From Kondoa subrosea (Eukaryota): a stretch of 51,456 bases of DNA. A program made the position numbers and the translations under genes. Positions 24,491-38,657 of this stretch are shown here, in pieces (positions within the stretch are counted from its first letter, which is position 1; each line of letters begins with the position of its first letter). The notes under the pieces were generated by a model. That model was given only the letters and a program-made list of their open reading frames with translations. It had not been told where the DNA came from and made no database searches. The DNA lies in NCBI GenBank assembly GCA_039545335.1, contig BCIN01000001.1, forward strand, positions 984,208 through 1,035,663, given 5' to 3'.

Positions 24491-26960
24491 ATGGTCGGAA
24501 TCAGCAAACCTGCATTCATCGATATCTCTGGCAGGCCTAGGATTGGCCGCAGCCAGACGAGTCCTCTTTTGGCTAGTCCGACTCTGCAGAGCTCACCTAT
24601 ACCCAAGTCACCTACGTTGGCCCATTTCTCTCAGTACATACCCAAGGAAGAGACTTGCTCAGACAGTCCGCTGTTTCGAGCTGTTCTATCTGAATTGGAA
24701 AGGAAAGCACTTGCTTTACGTCGTTCAGTCAAGTTGGTCATCAAAGCGGCTCAGAAGACTTCCCAATCTTGGTCAGAGACAGCTCAAAGTCAGCAACAAC
24801 TAGCCTATGCCATAGAGGAGCTTTGTTCTGCCAGCGATCCAACAAAGGTTAATCTAGCTTCCTCTTACACTTCTCCTGCGCTGCAAATACTGGAGGAAAC
24901 ATATGCGAAAGCTAGCGAGAGCTTACAGTCAAGATTGATCGACCCTTTGCAGGCAATCGCCGACGAACTCAAAGCTGTTCCGACCAAGCGGAAAGAGTAC
25001 GATGCAGAATCAAAGGCTTTCGATTCACATATGTCATCAGTATGCGTATTCATTGCTGAAGGTAAAAGGGCTGATTCTAATCTTTGCAGTATCTGGCCAT
25101 GAAACCTGGTGCGGCGAGAAATGATGCGGAAGATCAGAATCATCGCTTTCGCAAGGCAAGCTTTGAGCAGACACAAGCCAACTTCCATCGTCTGCTTTGC
25201 AAGATGGCAATCTTCAAGCAAATTGAAGTAACTCAGATTTTGACTCAAGCAGTTCGTTCTCAGCATTCATACTTTGTAGAAACTGCTTCGAACTTGCAAC
25301 CTTTGGGATCAGAGTTGGACGAATTCGCTATATTACAAAGTGCGGATAAATCAGCAGCTGAAGAAGCTCAACGGGCGGATGATGCAGAACAAGCTGGAAA
25401 GAATGGTCTGAACATATCTATAACTCCATCTGAAGAACAAGAAAACGTCATGACGGATCGCTTGAGGCAGATGATGAAGCTGAAATCTTCCAAATCACAA
25501 AACAGCCCTGTTCGAAAAAGCCGACCTCTTTCATCCATCTCCAATCTGCCTCCGTCTCCTTCTCAGCCCTCCCTTAAAGTGCCCTCTCCTTTGCTAGATC
25601 CAGATGACAAAAATCACAGAATTAAAGAAGGCTATCTTTACGTCTCTTCGAAAGCTCTTACACCCAGTGCGGCAACTTCTTCAGCCAATGGTAAATGGAC
25701 TAAACGATGGATCGTGATGGACAAGGGAACCTTGAACGAGTATGGAGACTTTCATGAAGGTCAACCTTTGTCTCGAAAAGATGAATCCATCAACCTCAAT
25801 TTCGCTTGCATCAAATCTCATCCTTCTTCGGATCGAAGATGGACTTTCTCTGTCACTACTACTGAATGTGTTAAGCTGTATCAAGCTGCTAGTCAGGAGG
25901 AAGCGGAATCTTGGATCAGGGCCGCTAGCATGCAGATTGAATCCCTGCTTAGTAAGCGGCTTCGCTAAACATCTTCATACTCTCATGCTCACAATCATCT
26001 TTAGACGGCACCAATTCGGTCCGACATCGAGTTCGATCGATATCTGATAATGGAGCAGCAATCCGCACAAGCGAGCTTGGTCTCCTCAATTCGTCCACCA
26101 CATCGGCAACTTCAAGTGCTCGAACCATCTTATCTGGTCTTCGTCCTCTCGTTAGAAGAGGGTCAGGCTACAAAAACAAGCTGACCAAAGGATTGAAAAG
26201 ACTCAGTTCTGGTACCGCTGCACCGCTGCTCCAACTTCCGAACGGGAAACTTGGCTCACTACCAGAAGCCTCAATGTCGGAGGCTTCTTTCTTTCATTTT
26301 CAATCCGAAGAAGGTCATAGTGCTGGTGAACGCTTTTCTATGGATTTCCGAGATTTAGAACCACCTACTCCTTTGACCAAGCAGAATGGAACTTTTGCTT
26401 CACCTGGGTCACCAGAAACTCTTATCTTCTTCGACGATGATCAAGTGATCCAAGCCGCTGTTGAACAATTGGCTGGGACTTCGTCTTCACATGGATCTGC
26501 CGAATCAGCTCGAGAGAAAGAGATGTCGGCTGTAGATGAATTATATAGCTTGTTGGGTGTGGAAGGGAACAACGAATGCGTGGAATGTCGAGCACCTAAT
26601 CCGAAATGGACTAGCATCTCTATTGGCTGTTTCCTCTGTTTGCGATGCTCTGGTATACATCGATCTCTCGGCACTCACATCAGCAAGGTGAGTCTAGGAC
26701 TTGGGTATTTAGCTCGAGTCTGATTTGCAATAGGTTCGCTCCATCAATCTTGATCACTGGTCTGAAGCACAAGTCGCATGTATAACACACGTGGGCAATG
26801 TAGCAAGTCGAGCGAAATGGGAGAGGACCAAGCCGACAGATTTGGTGATCAGCGATAGGTAAGCTATTTTTCCTGGCGCAAGTGTTTTCGTCGCTTACCG
26901 TTCTTTAGCAACGTGACGGAGTTCATCAAAGCAAAGTATGTCGAGAAGAAATATGCGTGA
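24491..26960 (+). CDS. BAR-PH-ArfGAP protein (centaurin-beta/ACAP-like)
   Basis: N-terminal helical BAR-like region (DSPLFRAVLSELE); PH domain IKEGYLYV...KWTKRWIVM...DRRWTFSV...YQAASQEEAESWI; ArfGAP zinc finger [44 protein letters not shown]. Ends FIKAKYVEKKYA* at 26960. Confidence 0.9.
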
Positions 26961-27078
26961 AGAGAATGTGGTGATGGACAATAATATTCGTTTTTCTATT
27001 TCTCTAGGCTGTGAAGCAGTTCTAGTGTACAATCATCTTGCATAATGTTATTCGGGCAGCATAGAATCTATATGTGAT

Positions 27079-29073
<1,995 letters not shown>

Positions 29074-29319
29074 AATGCTTATAGAATAGAGCTTCGTGGG
29101 GAAAGAGAAGGATCAATAACAAGAAAATTATCAATTGTCGATCAAACTGATAGGCGAGATTGCGCAGAGACATAGTTCGGACAAAGTCGCTCAGGGCACT
29201 TTAAACCCTGTCATTACCTGATAGTTACTCAGTCGTGCACCAGAGCCAATACAGATGGGAACACACAAAGTACTAGCATTTGACTTCCAACATGTACAAG
29301 TTATTCTGGATTTTCAACT

Positions 29320-30622
29320 CTATGCCATCTCAACTTCGTTTACAGTCTGGAAACTGTTATGAGCTGTAATTTCCAGCACGCGCGGCTGAGCAACATACCT
29401 CCCTACCAATATTCGTTTCTTCATTACCCATGAAAGCTTCCAATTCTCGATCAAGATCTTCAGCAGATTTAGCTGAAGGTCGATCACTTCTTCCACCTCC
29501 TCTTCCACCTCCACTACCTCGACTACCTCTTCCACGAATCGTACCCGATCCACCTCTGATTGATCTTCCTCTCGTAGAAGAAGGACCAGAGCTATTATAG
29601 GAATCGGCCAGACTTTCGTTCCGAGAGGAAGAAGATCGATCATAGTTGCCAAAAGCACCTCCACTGTTCTGACGACCTCTTGAGGCTGCAGGGAACAATT
29701 CTCTGTGCAGAATCAATCAGCTATGGAAGCTTGTGCCAACCGCGAAAAGACTTACTTTCCACCTTCCACTCGAGCAAGTAGTTCCGGTATTACTGCAGGT
29801 TTCCTGTAGCTAAAATCAAAGTTGACCGTGATCGGTTGTCCTATACATCTGTAAGTATCACGACCTGCATTCACTGCAAAGAGAATGTACCTTTGGCATT
29901 AGCACCGTCGAAGTAGCGTTTTGCATCTTTCGCATGCTGCGGGTCCTTATAGGTCACCCAAGCTTTCCCCTCTGATCGACCAGAACGATCAAACTTCACA
30001 AGGGGAAACAACGAAAAGGCAAAAAAACGAAAAGGAGAAGAAGAAGAAAAAAGACAACCACAGTCGTAAGCTATTCTTGTTCTGATTGACCCGTAGGATG
30101 TCGAAGATCCCGTACTTTTATGGAAGGTGGCAGCTCCAGGGGTCCGACCTGCGTAAAGAGAGACTAACAGAATCATATACATATGAGTCCACATGATTTG
30201 TCATGGCAGAACATACCTCCAGCTCTCTTTCGCTCACTTCATAATGCAAGTTCTCGATAGTCAATTTGGGCGTTGATGTCGACTCTTCTCTGGCAGCGAA
30301 TGCACCTCTTGTAGGTGCAGACACTGCAGAAGCGTTGGCGGTGTTGCTGTATAGGTCGTGTTTCCAGCTACCCTCGACATCATCGTTTGATGCCGTTCGC
30401 TGCATGCCAATAAGTATGCCATTCCTTCCAAGTGACAATAGAGCACACAGAGTAAGGACTGGAAGTAGAGCGCGAATTGCTGAGGGAACCACGAGAAGCG
30501 CCTCTTCTACTGGGCTGCCTTTTATCTTGACGGATACTGCATGCTGCCCTTGAGCCTATGTTCGTCTAGCTGATGGCTGCGCATGTGCCTCACTCGTCTA
30601 AACTGCGGTCGAGAAGATTCAT
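29320..30622 (-). CDS. mRNA export adaptor of the Aly/REF (Yra1/Tho4) family
   Basis: N-terminal MNLLDRSLDD; WKHDLY; RRM KLTIENLHYEVSERELE..FDRSGRSEGKAWVTY..AKRYFDGANAKG; RGG-rich region; C-terminal KSAEDLDRELEAFM motif. Confidence 0.85.
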
Positions 30623-31549
30623 ACTTGGTCGAGGTGGGTCAAAAGCAAGAAGGAATATGTCTTGCTCTCGACAGTGACTGTCGCCTCTTCATCGTCTCAG
30701 TCTTGCAACTTGAGTAGCTGTAGAGCAAATTCGGGCCGCCTTCTTTTATGTTCTGTTACTTTTTTCCTGCGCTTGGGCATGATGTCTTCACTCAGCAGTA
30801 CTGATGGGTTGTTTTCTCACGTTGTCTGCTGGTTGACTACTGAGCGTCTTATCGCAAAGATCCTATCCAATTGTGCTGCGGTTACATCTGCTTCTAATAC
30901 CATGGCTGAGCTCTCGACTTTACGGCTATTGAAGTTGCTCTAGATCTAGCTCCACTTCAATTTGGTGCATCATGTCTTCGAGCACTGTTTCTCTACCATC
31001 AGCCAGATTTTGTTCTGAGCAAGACTAGGAGCAAACTTCATATGCTGCAGAGCCCGTCCCGGAGCGGCTTACTTTCTCTCGCTTCTGCTTTCCTCCTCCA
31101 TACTAGATTTGTAGCCGTCTACCTGCACGACGATCAAGCAACAAATTGTAGAGAGCGCTTTTGAAGGACATGCATAAATCTGGACTTGGCCAAATCTCGC
31201 TCGAATTTGGTACATGTGGCTGAGAATAACCCTTCTTTAATCACTATCGACTGCGACAGCAGTGCTCCCATCTTCGAAATTCATTCGATCAAGTAATGGC
31301 TATCGCTTGGCTGTACGAATACTTATTCTTCCGTATCTTTCATCACCTCAACTATTTAATTTCTTCCGATCCCTTCGATACGCGCCTGGGTTCTATAAGA
31401 AATTCTGGGCCCGTCTGTATGACTGCTGCAAGAGAAAAGCAAGGTAGAATGAATTGCCGGAAATAAAGGCCGACATCTGGTGGGATAGGTGGGAAGCTTG
31501 CTTTTGCATCGCCCATCTTTCTTTTCCCTTATAGTCACTCGCGTTCAGG

Positions 31550-33675
31550 ATGGATCGCCTATTACAGCAAGGAATGCAAGATCCTCTGCAAGTGCTCAAG
31601 GAGAATCCATTACTTGTCGTCTCCTCAATCCCAGCTTTAGCGCTCTTGCTTTATGTTTCGTACTATCGTTTCTATACACCTGCTAGTCGCTATCCTGGAC
31701 CATTCCTCGCGTCCATAAGCAATATCTGGCAAGCTTTCAACAGTAAGTTTGGAGTACGAATCCTTGGTTAGGTTTCTGAATTGCAGTAGTGTACTCTGGC
31801 AATTCCCATCGCGTAGTATCAGCGCTGCATGACAAACATGGAGATATTGTCAGTCGCAAGAGTCGCTGAGCGTGCTAAGAATGCTGAGGGCTGTCCAAAT
31901 TGACAGGTTCGCATTGGACCAAACAGGCTGTCCATCATTAGTCCGGATGTGATGAAGAATGTATACTTGGCTGGCTCTACATGGCTCAAATCAAGCTGTA
32001 TGCTGTTCTCTTTAGTGTCGTATCTACCTCTAAATCTGACTTCATTTAAACACATACAGTTTATGACGGATTTACAGCAGTCATACCTAATGCATTTGGT
32101 ACACAAGATGAAGATTTCCATCGCAAAAGAAGGAGACAGCTCGCCTACGTTTTCTCCCAATCTAACGTATTGGCGATGGAATCGTATATGGATACGGAGA
32201 TGCGTCAATTTAGAGGATGGTTGGACAGAGCGGCAGAATCCGGTCAACCGATAGATCTGAAATCCCTAATTCATTGGTTAGTCATTGGTAGGTCTGCTGC
32301 GAATTGGTGATTGTCAAGAATGGAGCTGACTGGATACTGCAGATGTTTTGGGCGATCTTGGCTTTGGCAAATCGTACGTCGCATCAATGACCATCAGTTG
32401 AAGTCAGCTTACGCGCAACATAGCTTTGGAATGCTCGAATGCGGCGACAACGCTCAAGCACCGCATCTAGAATACCATGTGAGTTCTGCTATTCGGTCCA
32501 ATAAGTTCATCCTGATTGAAGTAACACAGCTCCGTGTGGGTAGCATAGGCGGCACAATACCTTGGTCTTTACCTTATATTCGCAAGTATGGCAAATACAT
32601 GCCCATCAAGTGGGTTGCGGGAGCAGTAGAAGCAAGAGATAAGCTGAAGAAATTGGCTGTGCGTTCCTTTCCCATGCTATGACATTAGCTGATATCATAT
32701 TTTCCTCAGGCTCAAGCTGTTGACGATGCTATGAAACATAAGTCTGATCGGAAAGATATTCTTGGTGTTTTGGTCGACGCGGTAGACACAGAAACAGGTA
32801 AACCGCTGAGCAGAACTGAGCTAGAGGCGTAAGCTGTTTCGCTGCTCTTCTTTAATCGAAATTAACACTATAGACGTCTTTAGGGAAGCTTTCGGATTCA
32901 TCATCGCCGGCACGCATACTACAACAGTCACTATGGGCATGCTTTGCGCTTACCTGCTGGAACCGGAAAATGCTCGAGTACAGCAGAAGCTCGTTGCAGA
33001 ATTGGATGCTAAACTTGCGCCAATACAAAATAAGACCGAGGTTTATCCTTATAAAGAGCTAGGAGAGAACCTGCCGTACTTTGCTGCATGTTTGGTACGC
33101 CTATACGAATGTCTCGTCACCAGGCTAAATTGCTGATACTTCTGCATCGCCTGTAGAAAGAAACGCATCGAAAAGCAGGAGTCTTTAACATGCCTCTGTA
33201 TAGGATTGTTCCTCCTGGTGGTGCAGTAATTGCAGGCGAATTCATCCCCGCGGGTGTATGTTTGATTTCCCCTAAAAGTATACCCAATTGGCTGACGTTC
33301 TGCTCAGGTTGAAGTTGCTACATGCAACTATGCAGTACATCGGAATAAGGCTATCTTCGGGCAAGATGTGGAAACCTTCAGACCTGAACGATTTATCGAA
33401 GACAAGAATCTCGAACCTCATCTTCTGCATTTCTCTCAAGGACATAGATCTTGTCTAGGTCGCAAGTATGTACAATTCTCTGCTCTGAGCCGGCCGTCAT
33501 ACTCACTGATTGCTGTAATAGCCTTGCAACAACGGAAATCTATAAAGCTGTTGCTACGATGTTCAGAATGTACAAAATTGAAATGGTTGATCCTGCACAA
33601 AAGCTCAAGACGAGAAGCTTAGGCGTGCTGGAGATTGAAGAGCCTTTGATGGTAAAGGTTTCGCGAAGGGCTTGA
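31550..33675 (+). CDS. Cytochrome P450 monooxygenase (fungal, substrate unknown)
   Basis: N-terminal anchor followed by YPGPFLASISN; LHDKHGDI|VRIGPN; I-helix EAFGFIIAGTHTTT; ExxR KETHR; FRPERF; heme motif FSQGHRSCLGR. Stop at 33675. Confidence 0.93.
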
Positions 33676-33828
33676 GGATGCCGTTGGCGTGTGTGTTGTA
33701 TTGCATTGTTTCTTGCATTTTATATCTTTTCGTGATTACGCGAGTACCGTGGTAGCACTTCTCCTCTCGCTTCTTCAGCATTTTCTGCAGCGATGACACA
33801 TTTTGTTGCTCTTCTGCCAACAATAATT

Positions 33829-34677
33829 ATGCCCAAGCTACCTTTGCCTTCGAGTCCTCTTCTGGCCTTACTGGATGACCCAGACTGTAGATTGATCAAA
33901 CAAGGAGCTGAAGCAGTGCACTACCCTTGTTCTCAGCCAGAAATCCCAGTTTCGCTCACACAGTTTCTTGCATTACAGCGCGTCTATCTCACATCATTGT
34001 ATACATCTTCATCTGGATCCAGTACCCCTCAAGTGATTCTCAAGCATCGCTTTACCAAGAGCTACCGACATGCTTTGCTGGACAAGACTTTAACGAAACA
34101 ACGCTTAACTTCAGAAGTCCGTTGCTTGATTCGAGCAGCTCGAGCTGGTGTGGTCGTACCTTCCGTTGTATGCCTAGACTTAGAGAATGGCATCGTCGGG
34201 CTGGAATTAATAGCTGGACAAAGTATAAGGGAACGACTGGGCGCAGAAGCGGAAGGAGAAGTAGACGTCGCTCGTATCACGCAAGTTATGGACAGACTGG
34301 ATTTGGATGAAGAGGTCATGTTGAAAGCTATTGGCAAACAAATCGCTATACTGCATGCAGCTAATATCATTCATGGTGATCTCACCACATCAAATATGAT
34401 GCTTAGACCTTTGGAACAAGGGTGGGAAATTGTGCTGATCGATTTCGGACTCTCGTACACATCTACATTGGTGGAAGATAAAGCTGTCGACCTCTATGTT
34501 CTGGAAAGAGCTTTCCTTTCAACTCATCCTGATTCTTTCGAAGTATCTGTATCTAAGAGATTCAATATGGTCATGCAAGGATACCAAGAAGGGTGCGGTT
34601 CGAAAGCTTGGGCACCTTTATGGCAAAGATTTGAGGAAGTGAGAACGAGAGGAAGAAAGAGATCAATGGTTGGATAA
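33829..34677 (+). CDS. BUD32: KEOPS complex kinase Bud32/TP53RK
   Basis: LIKQGAEA, LKHRFTKSYRH, IIHGDLTTSNMML, IDFGLS, EDKAVDLYVLERAFLSTHP, C-terminal VRTRGRKRSMVG. An in-frame intron is likely after QGAEA. An alternative ATG lies at 33793. Confidence 0.95.
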   Translation: MPKLPLPSSPLLALLDDPDCRLIKQGAEAVHYPCSQPEIPVSLTQFLALQRVYLTSLYTSSSGSSTPQVILKHRFTKSYRHALLDKTLTKQRLTSEVRCLIRAARAGVVVPSVVCLDLENGIVGLELIAGQSIRERLGAEAEGEVDVARITQVMDRLDLDEEVMLKAIGKQIAILHAANIIHGDLTTSNMMLRPLEQGWEIVLIDFGLSYTSTLVEDKAVDLYVLERAFLSTHPDSFEVSVSKRFNMVMQGYQEGCGSKAWAPLWQRFEEVRTRGRKRSMVG

Positions 34678-34794
34678 CTATTGAAGAATAGTCGATACTA
34701 ATCTCTGCCGTAAGCGAAATCTTGTCCCAAGATTAGGCAAGACTAAATTTCTGATATGCTACAGCTGAACTTCATTTGATGCAAATGGGATATC

Positions 34795-35729
34795 TCAAGC
34801 ATCCAATTTACCACAACGGTCCTCAATGAATCGTCTAATCTTTTTCGACTCTTGTGCACCTAAGGCGTCGACTTCTTCCGGTCTCTGTCCATCTTGGTTC
34901 GTTCGATCTCGATCAGCACCCGCTTCAATCAGGATACAAGCAGATTCAGCATGACCGGATTCGATAGCTAAGTGAAGAGGCGTGTTTCCATTGCTGCCAG
35001 CCCAGTCAATCAGATTTGCAATAGACAACAGAAGTAACATACCGATCTTGCAAATTCAACCTTGGTTTGACTTCCGTGATGGATGCGGAAGAAGTGATAA
35101 GCTTGACAAAGGAAGATGAACCAACAGAAGCGGCTCGATGGCTAAAAATAAGATGAAGCCAATTCAAATCAAAGAGAAAACATTCAGAAAAGGAACATAC
35201 AGCGCAAGTTGATTCGCCTTATCTCTGGCATTCACATCTGCTCCTTTCTTGATCAAGAGCTTGCCGAGCTGGTACAAGAGCTCAGGAAAGGGAGCTACAA
35301 TGATCAGATGGTAGTCGCACTTCAGTTTGCCCTTTCGAGGCCGCGTAATGTAATGCGGTTTGATCCCTTGCATTGGTAGCTTTCACACTGTAGCACTTGA
35401 TTAGCCCAATAACGTAACATACAGAGCAATGTTGCCTACTTTGCGCCATTCCCTACGAGTTCTTCTACCACTTGGCTCCTTCCACCAGCAACAGCGACAA
35501 TCAAAGGCGTAAAGCCAGTGTCATCAGCTGCATCCACCTCAGCTCCTTTACTCAGCAACAATTGCACAATCTCCAAAGAGCCAACAGAACATGCATGATG
35601 TAACGCAGTCCTGTTATCGCTCGAGCTGTCCTTGGACTTGGCTAGTGATGGATTCTGCTCTAAGGCTGCTTCGACAAGGTTCACTTGACTTTCTAGAGTC
35701 ACTCGAAAGATGTCTATGTTGCTCGACAT
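34795..35729 (-). CDS. NAS6: Ankyrin-repeat protein, gankyrin/Nas6/PSMD10-like proteasome assembly chaperone
   Basis: Repeats RTALHHACSVG, GFTPLIVAVAGG, QTALHYAASKG, LHRAASVG, GNTPLHLAIESGH. The size and repeat series fit Nas6. Confidence 0.75.
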
Positions 35730-36197
35730 GCTGGTCGAATTCGCAAGCGATTCATAATTTCTTCGAGTTTTCGGCTTCCTGGCTTGCGACGCGCCAGACT
35801 ACAAAGGGTTCCATCGCTTATGCTCTGGGTGCGCAGCGTTGCATAGACGAGGCCTTTCATTTTTGCTCTCTTTGCTTTCGTGCAATCTCATATTGGCTTT
35901 ACCATATTAACAGTATCCTCCCTTTACAATTACCGACTGCCCGCACTTGATATTCGTTTCACTTTTATCTTATCTTCCCTGACTTCTCGGCAAGACGACC
36001 ATGCCGTTCTATCGTTTCGGCCTTTCGAGCATTAATGGTATAGCCTACTAGCTCAACAGCGGCAGACTTTCCTCACGGGAGCTTCTTCTACCACTCCTGT
36101 AATCTCAAACCCGGTCATTTACTTCTGATCTGCTGAAAGACGCGAGTTTGTATACCTCTGTAGCTTGTTTTTTATATAAACGGGTTTCGCGCGCGTC

Positions 36198-38525
36198 ATG
36201 TCCGTGCCAATACTAGCAAGACAGATCTCTACTACTACTACAATAAGGGACGAAGATGTGCTCAAAGCAACCGTACCGACAGATAATCAGATAGCAGCTC
36301 AAGATCTAGAGAAAGTTGTGATCGACGAAAGCGAAAAGGATCCGTTCTTAGTTGAATGGGATGAGGGCGAATCACCTTTGCATTGGTCTGCGGCCAAGAG
36401 ATGGACTATCACTGCTATTTGTGGCCTGTTGGTTTTGAATGCTACGTTCAGCTCGACTGCTCCTCAAGGGGTGTTACCTCAGATACGGAAGGAATTCGAT
36501 GTCGAAGTAGAAGTAGCACAGCTGCAGACAGCTCTTTTCGTAGGCGGATATGCAGTAGGACCGTGAGTTCTGCTTTACGTTCTTGGTTTGGGCTAATATC
36601 GCGATGAAAGGATTCTCTGGGGACCGCTTTCTGAAACGTCATTCGGACGTCGCAATACTCTGATATGTGCCATGATCCCTTATACAGTATGTCAAACGTT
36701 ATGTCAGCATCACGCAACCTCATGATTGTCCTTGTCATGACGAAGCTGCTACAAATGGCCTGCGCTTTGTCGCCGTCGATCGGTGTGAGGTCTCTTTCAC
36801 TCCACAACTCGACTCATTATATATGGAAATTGGGATCAGGCTTTGGCTGCTTTCCGCTTTCTGGGAGGCAGCTTTGGGTCAGCGCCGCTCGTTGTAGCCG
36901 GCACTGCGATATTTGACATGTGTGTTATCTATCCTCACTTGTGGTCTACTCTGAGAGTATGATAGGTTTCCACCCTCGAAGTTGGGCCTGGGCATGAGTG
37001 TTTTCACTCTGGCGCCCAGTTTAGGTGATTTTCCCGTGTGATGGGAAGCTTAATCGAAGCTTATGCATCTCTTAGGACCTGCTCTAGGACCGCTCTGTAG
37101 TGGCTTGCTTTCGACCAATGGCGTCGACTGGCCGATTCTTTATTGGATAGTAAGTTTTCGCTCGTCGCCAGTCTCTCGCTTACCAAGTGCGTCAGTGCTT
37201 CGCATTCGCTGGTATCTCTGTCCTTCTACACATACTCGTGGTGCCGGAAACCTACCATCCTACTTTGTTGGCAAGAAAGGCTGCTAAATTGAGGAAAGCA
37301 ACTGGCGATAATCGTTATTCAACAATCTATGAGAGAAAGGCGACTAAGGTCTCGCCTTCGCGTATGCTGTATAACTTGCTTGCTTCGCCTTTTATCATGC
37401 TATTCCGCGAACCAATCCTATTGGCGATAACAATGTACATTTCGTGAGGCGAAATTACTTTCAGCCGCTTTGAATGCCTGCTTATTTTCTCCCAGCTTCG
37501 TGTATGGTTGCATGTATTTGCTGTTTGCTGGCCTGCCGGAAGTATTCATCAGCATGTACGGCTTTAATCTGACTCAAGTGGGATTGGTCTTTCTCTCGTT
37601 TTGCTTGGGTACATACTCTCTAGCTCTTATTGCGCCGCAGACTAACTCGTTGACAGGCAGTGCAATGTGTTGTGTCATCGGTGCGTCTTGAGTATGATCT
37701 TGATCGAAGTCTGACGATTCTACAGTCATCACCTATATCAAGTGAGGTCTTTGCATGAGCTTCTTGGCAAGTGTCTCATCGTCTTCTAGCCCGCGGTATG
37801 CTAGATTATGCAAAGACATGGCTCCTGATCGTCCTGCGCCGGAAGCGAGGCTACCTCAAGCTAAACTCTCTGCATGCCTTTATTTCTCAGCCTTTCTCGT
37901 CTTTGGCTGGACAGCTCGATATTCTTACTGGGGTCCTCTGATATCTCTGTTCATTGTAGGGTACTGCAGTATGAGTCTGTAAGCGAAGATCACACGCAAA
38001 ATATGTATTTGGTATCTGATATCGGTCAAGATTTATGCCTCTTCTTTCCTAGTGGGTCTGCGAGTATATCTGCAATAACGTGGTCTGACTTTACTCGCGA
38101 ATAGTATTGTGGACTGTTATGCTCTCAAAGTATGTCACTGTCAGGTTGAAAAGAATACAAACTTACGCAGCTGTCCAGGCAGCGACTGCCTTGTCCGGCA
38201 ACATGATGGTAAGATATTGCCGGATACCAGGTTCTGGACCTCAGCATCTTCGCAGATTCGGTCACTAACAGCGGCTGTTCTGCCGCTGTCTGCAACCAAA
38301 TTATATGGAAATCTCTCGATCGGATGGGCCAGCTCGACTCTTGCCTTTCTCGCACTCGCAATGGGTACGTCCGTTCGTCCAGTCCTGATCGTATGCTGAA
38401 TGATGCGATACAGCACCGATGTAAGCTTTCGTACACTGTCTAGATCACGCTGACTATCCAAAAGACCGTTCTTGTTTGCGAGATATGGACCGAGGCTGCG
38501 GAAAATGTCTAGATATGCACCATAG
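36198..38525 (+). CDS. MFS transporter, DHA1 (drug:H+ antiporter) type
   Basis: PLHWSAAKRWTIT, FVGGYAVGPILWGPLSETSFGRR, GPALGPLCSG, VPETYHPTLL, PFIMLFREPIL, APEARL, LSIGWASSTLAFLA, YGPRLRKMSRYAP*. Many short exons. Confidence 0.9.
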
Positions 38526-38657
38526 AGGCGGTAATCTGCAGTTGTTCATCTGTGCATATTATATCTCGATTCGTCTTGCCCGAACTTGATCCACATGTCT
38601 GAACGGGTCAATGAGTTTGGGCATAAATTACAACAACACGCTGATTATCGATTACAT

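Noticed and set aside
23845..24606. Cluster of overlapping 64-124 aa ORFs between the aquaporin and ArfGAP genes
   Set aside because: Mostly non-ATG starts, no motifs and no consistent splicing; probably promoter or UTR sequence.
36001..36051. Short ORF MPFYRFGLSSINGIAY upstream of the MFS gene
   Set aside because: It lies upstream of the candidate TATA near 36172-36180, with no support for transcription or conservation.
31550..38525. P450 plus MFS transporter as a secondary-metabolite cluster
   Set aside because: They are separated by the housekeeping genes BUD32 and NAS6, and no backbone synthase is present in the window.
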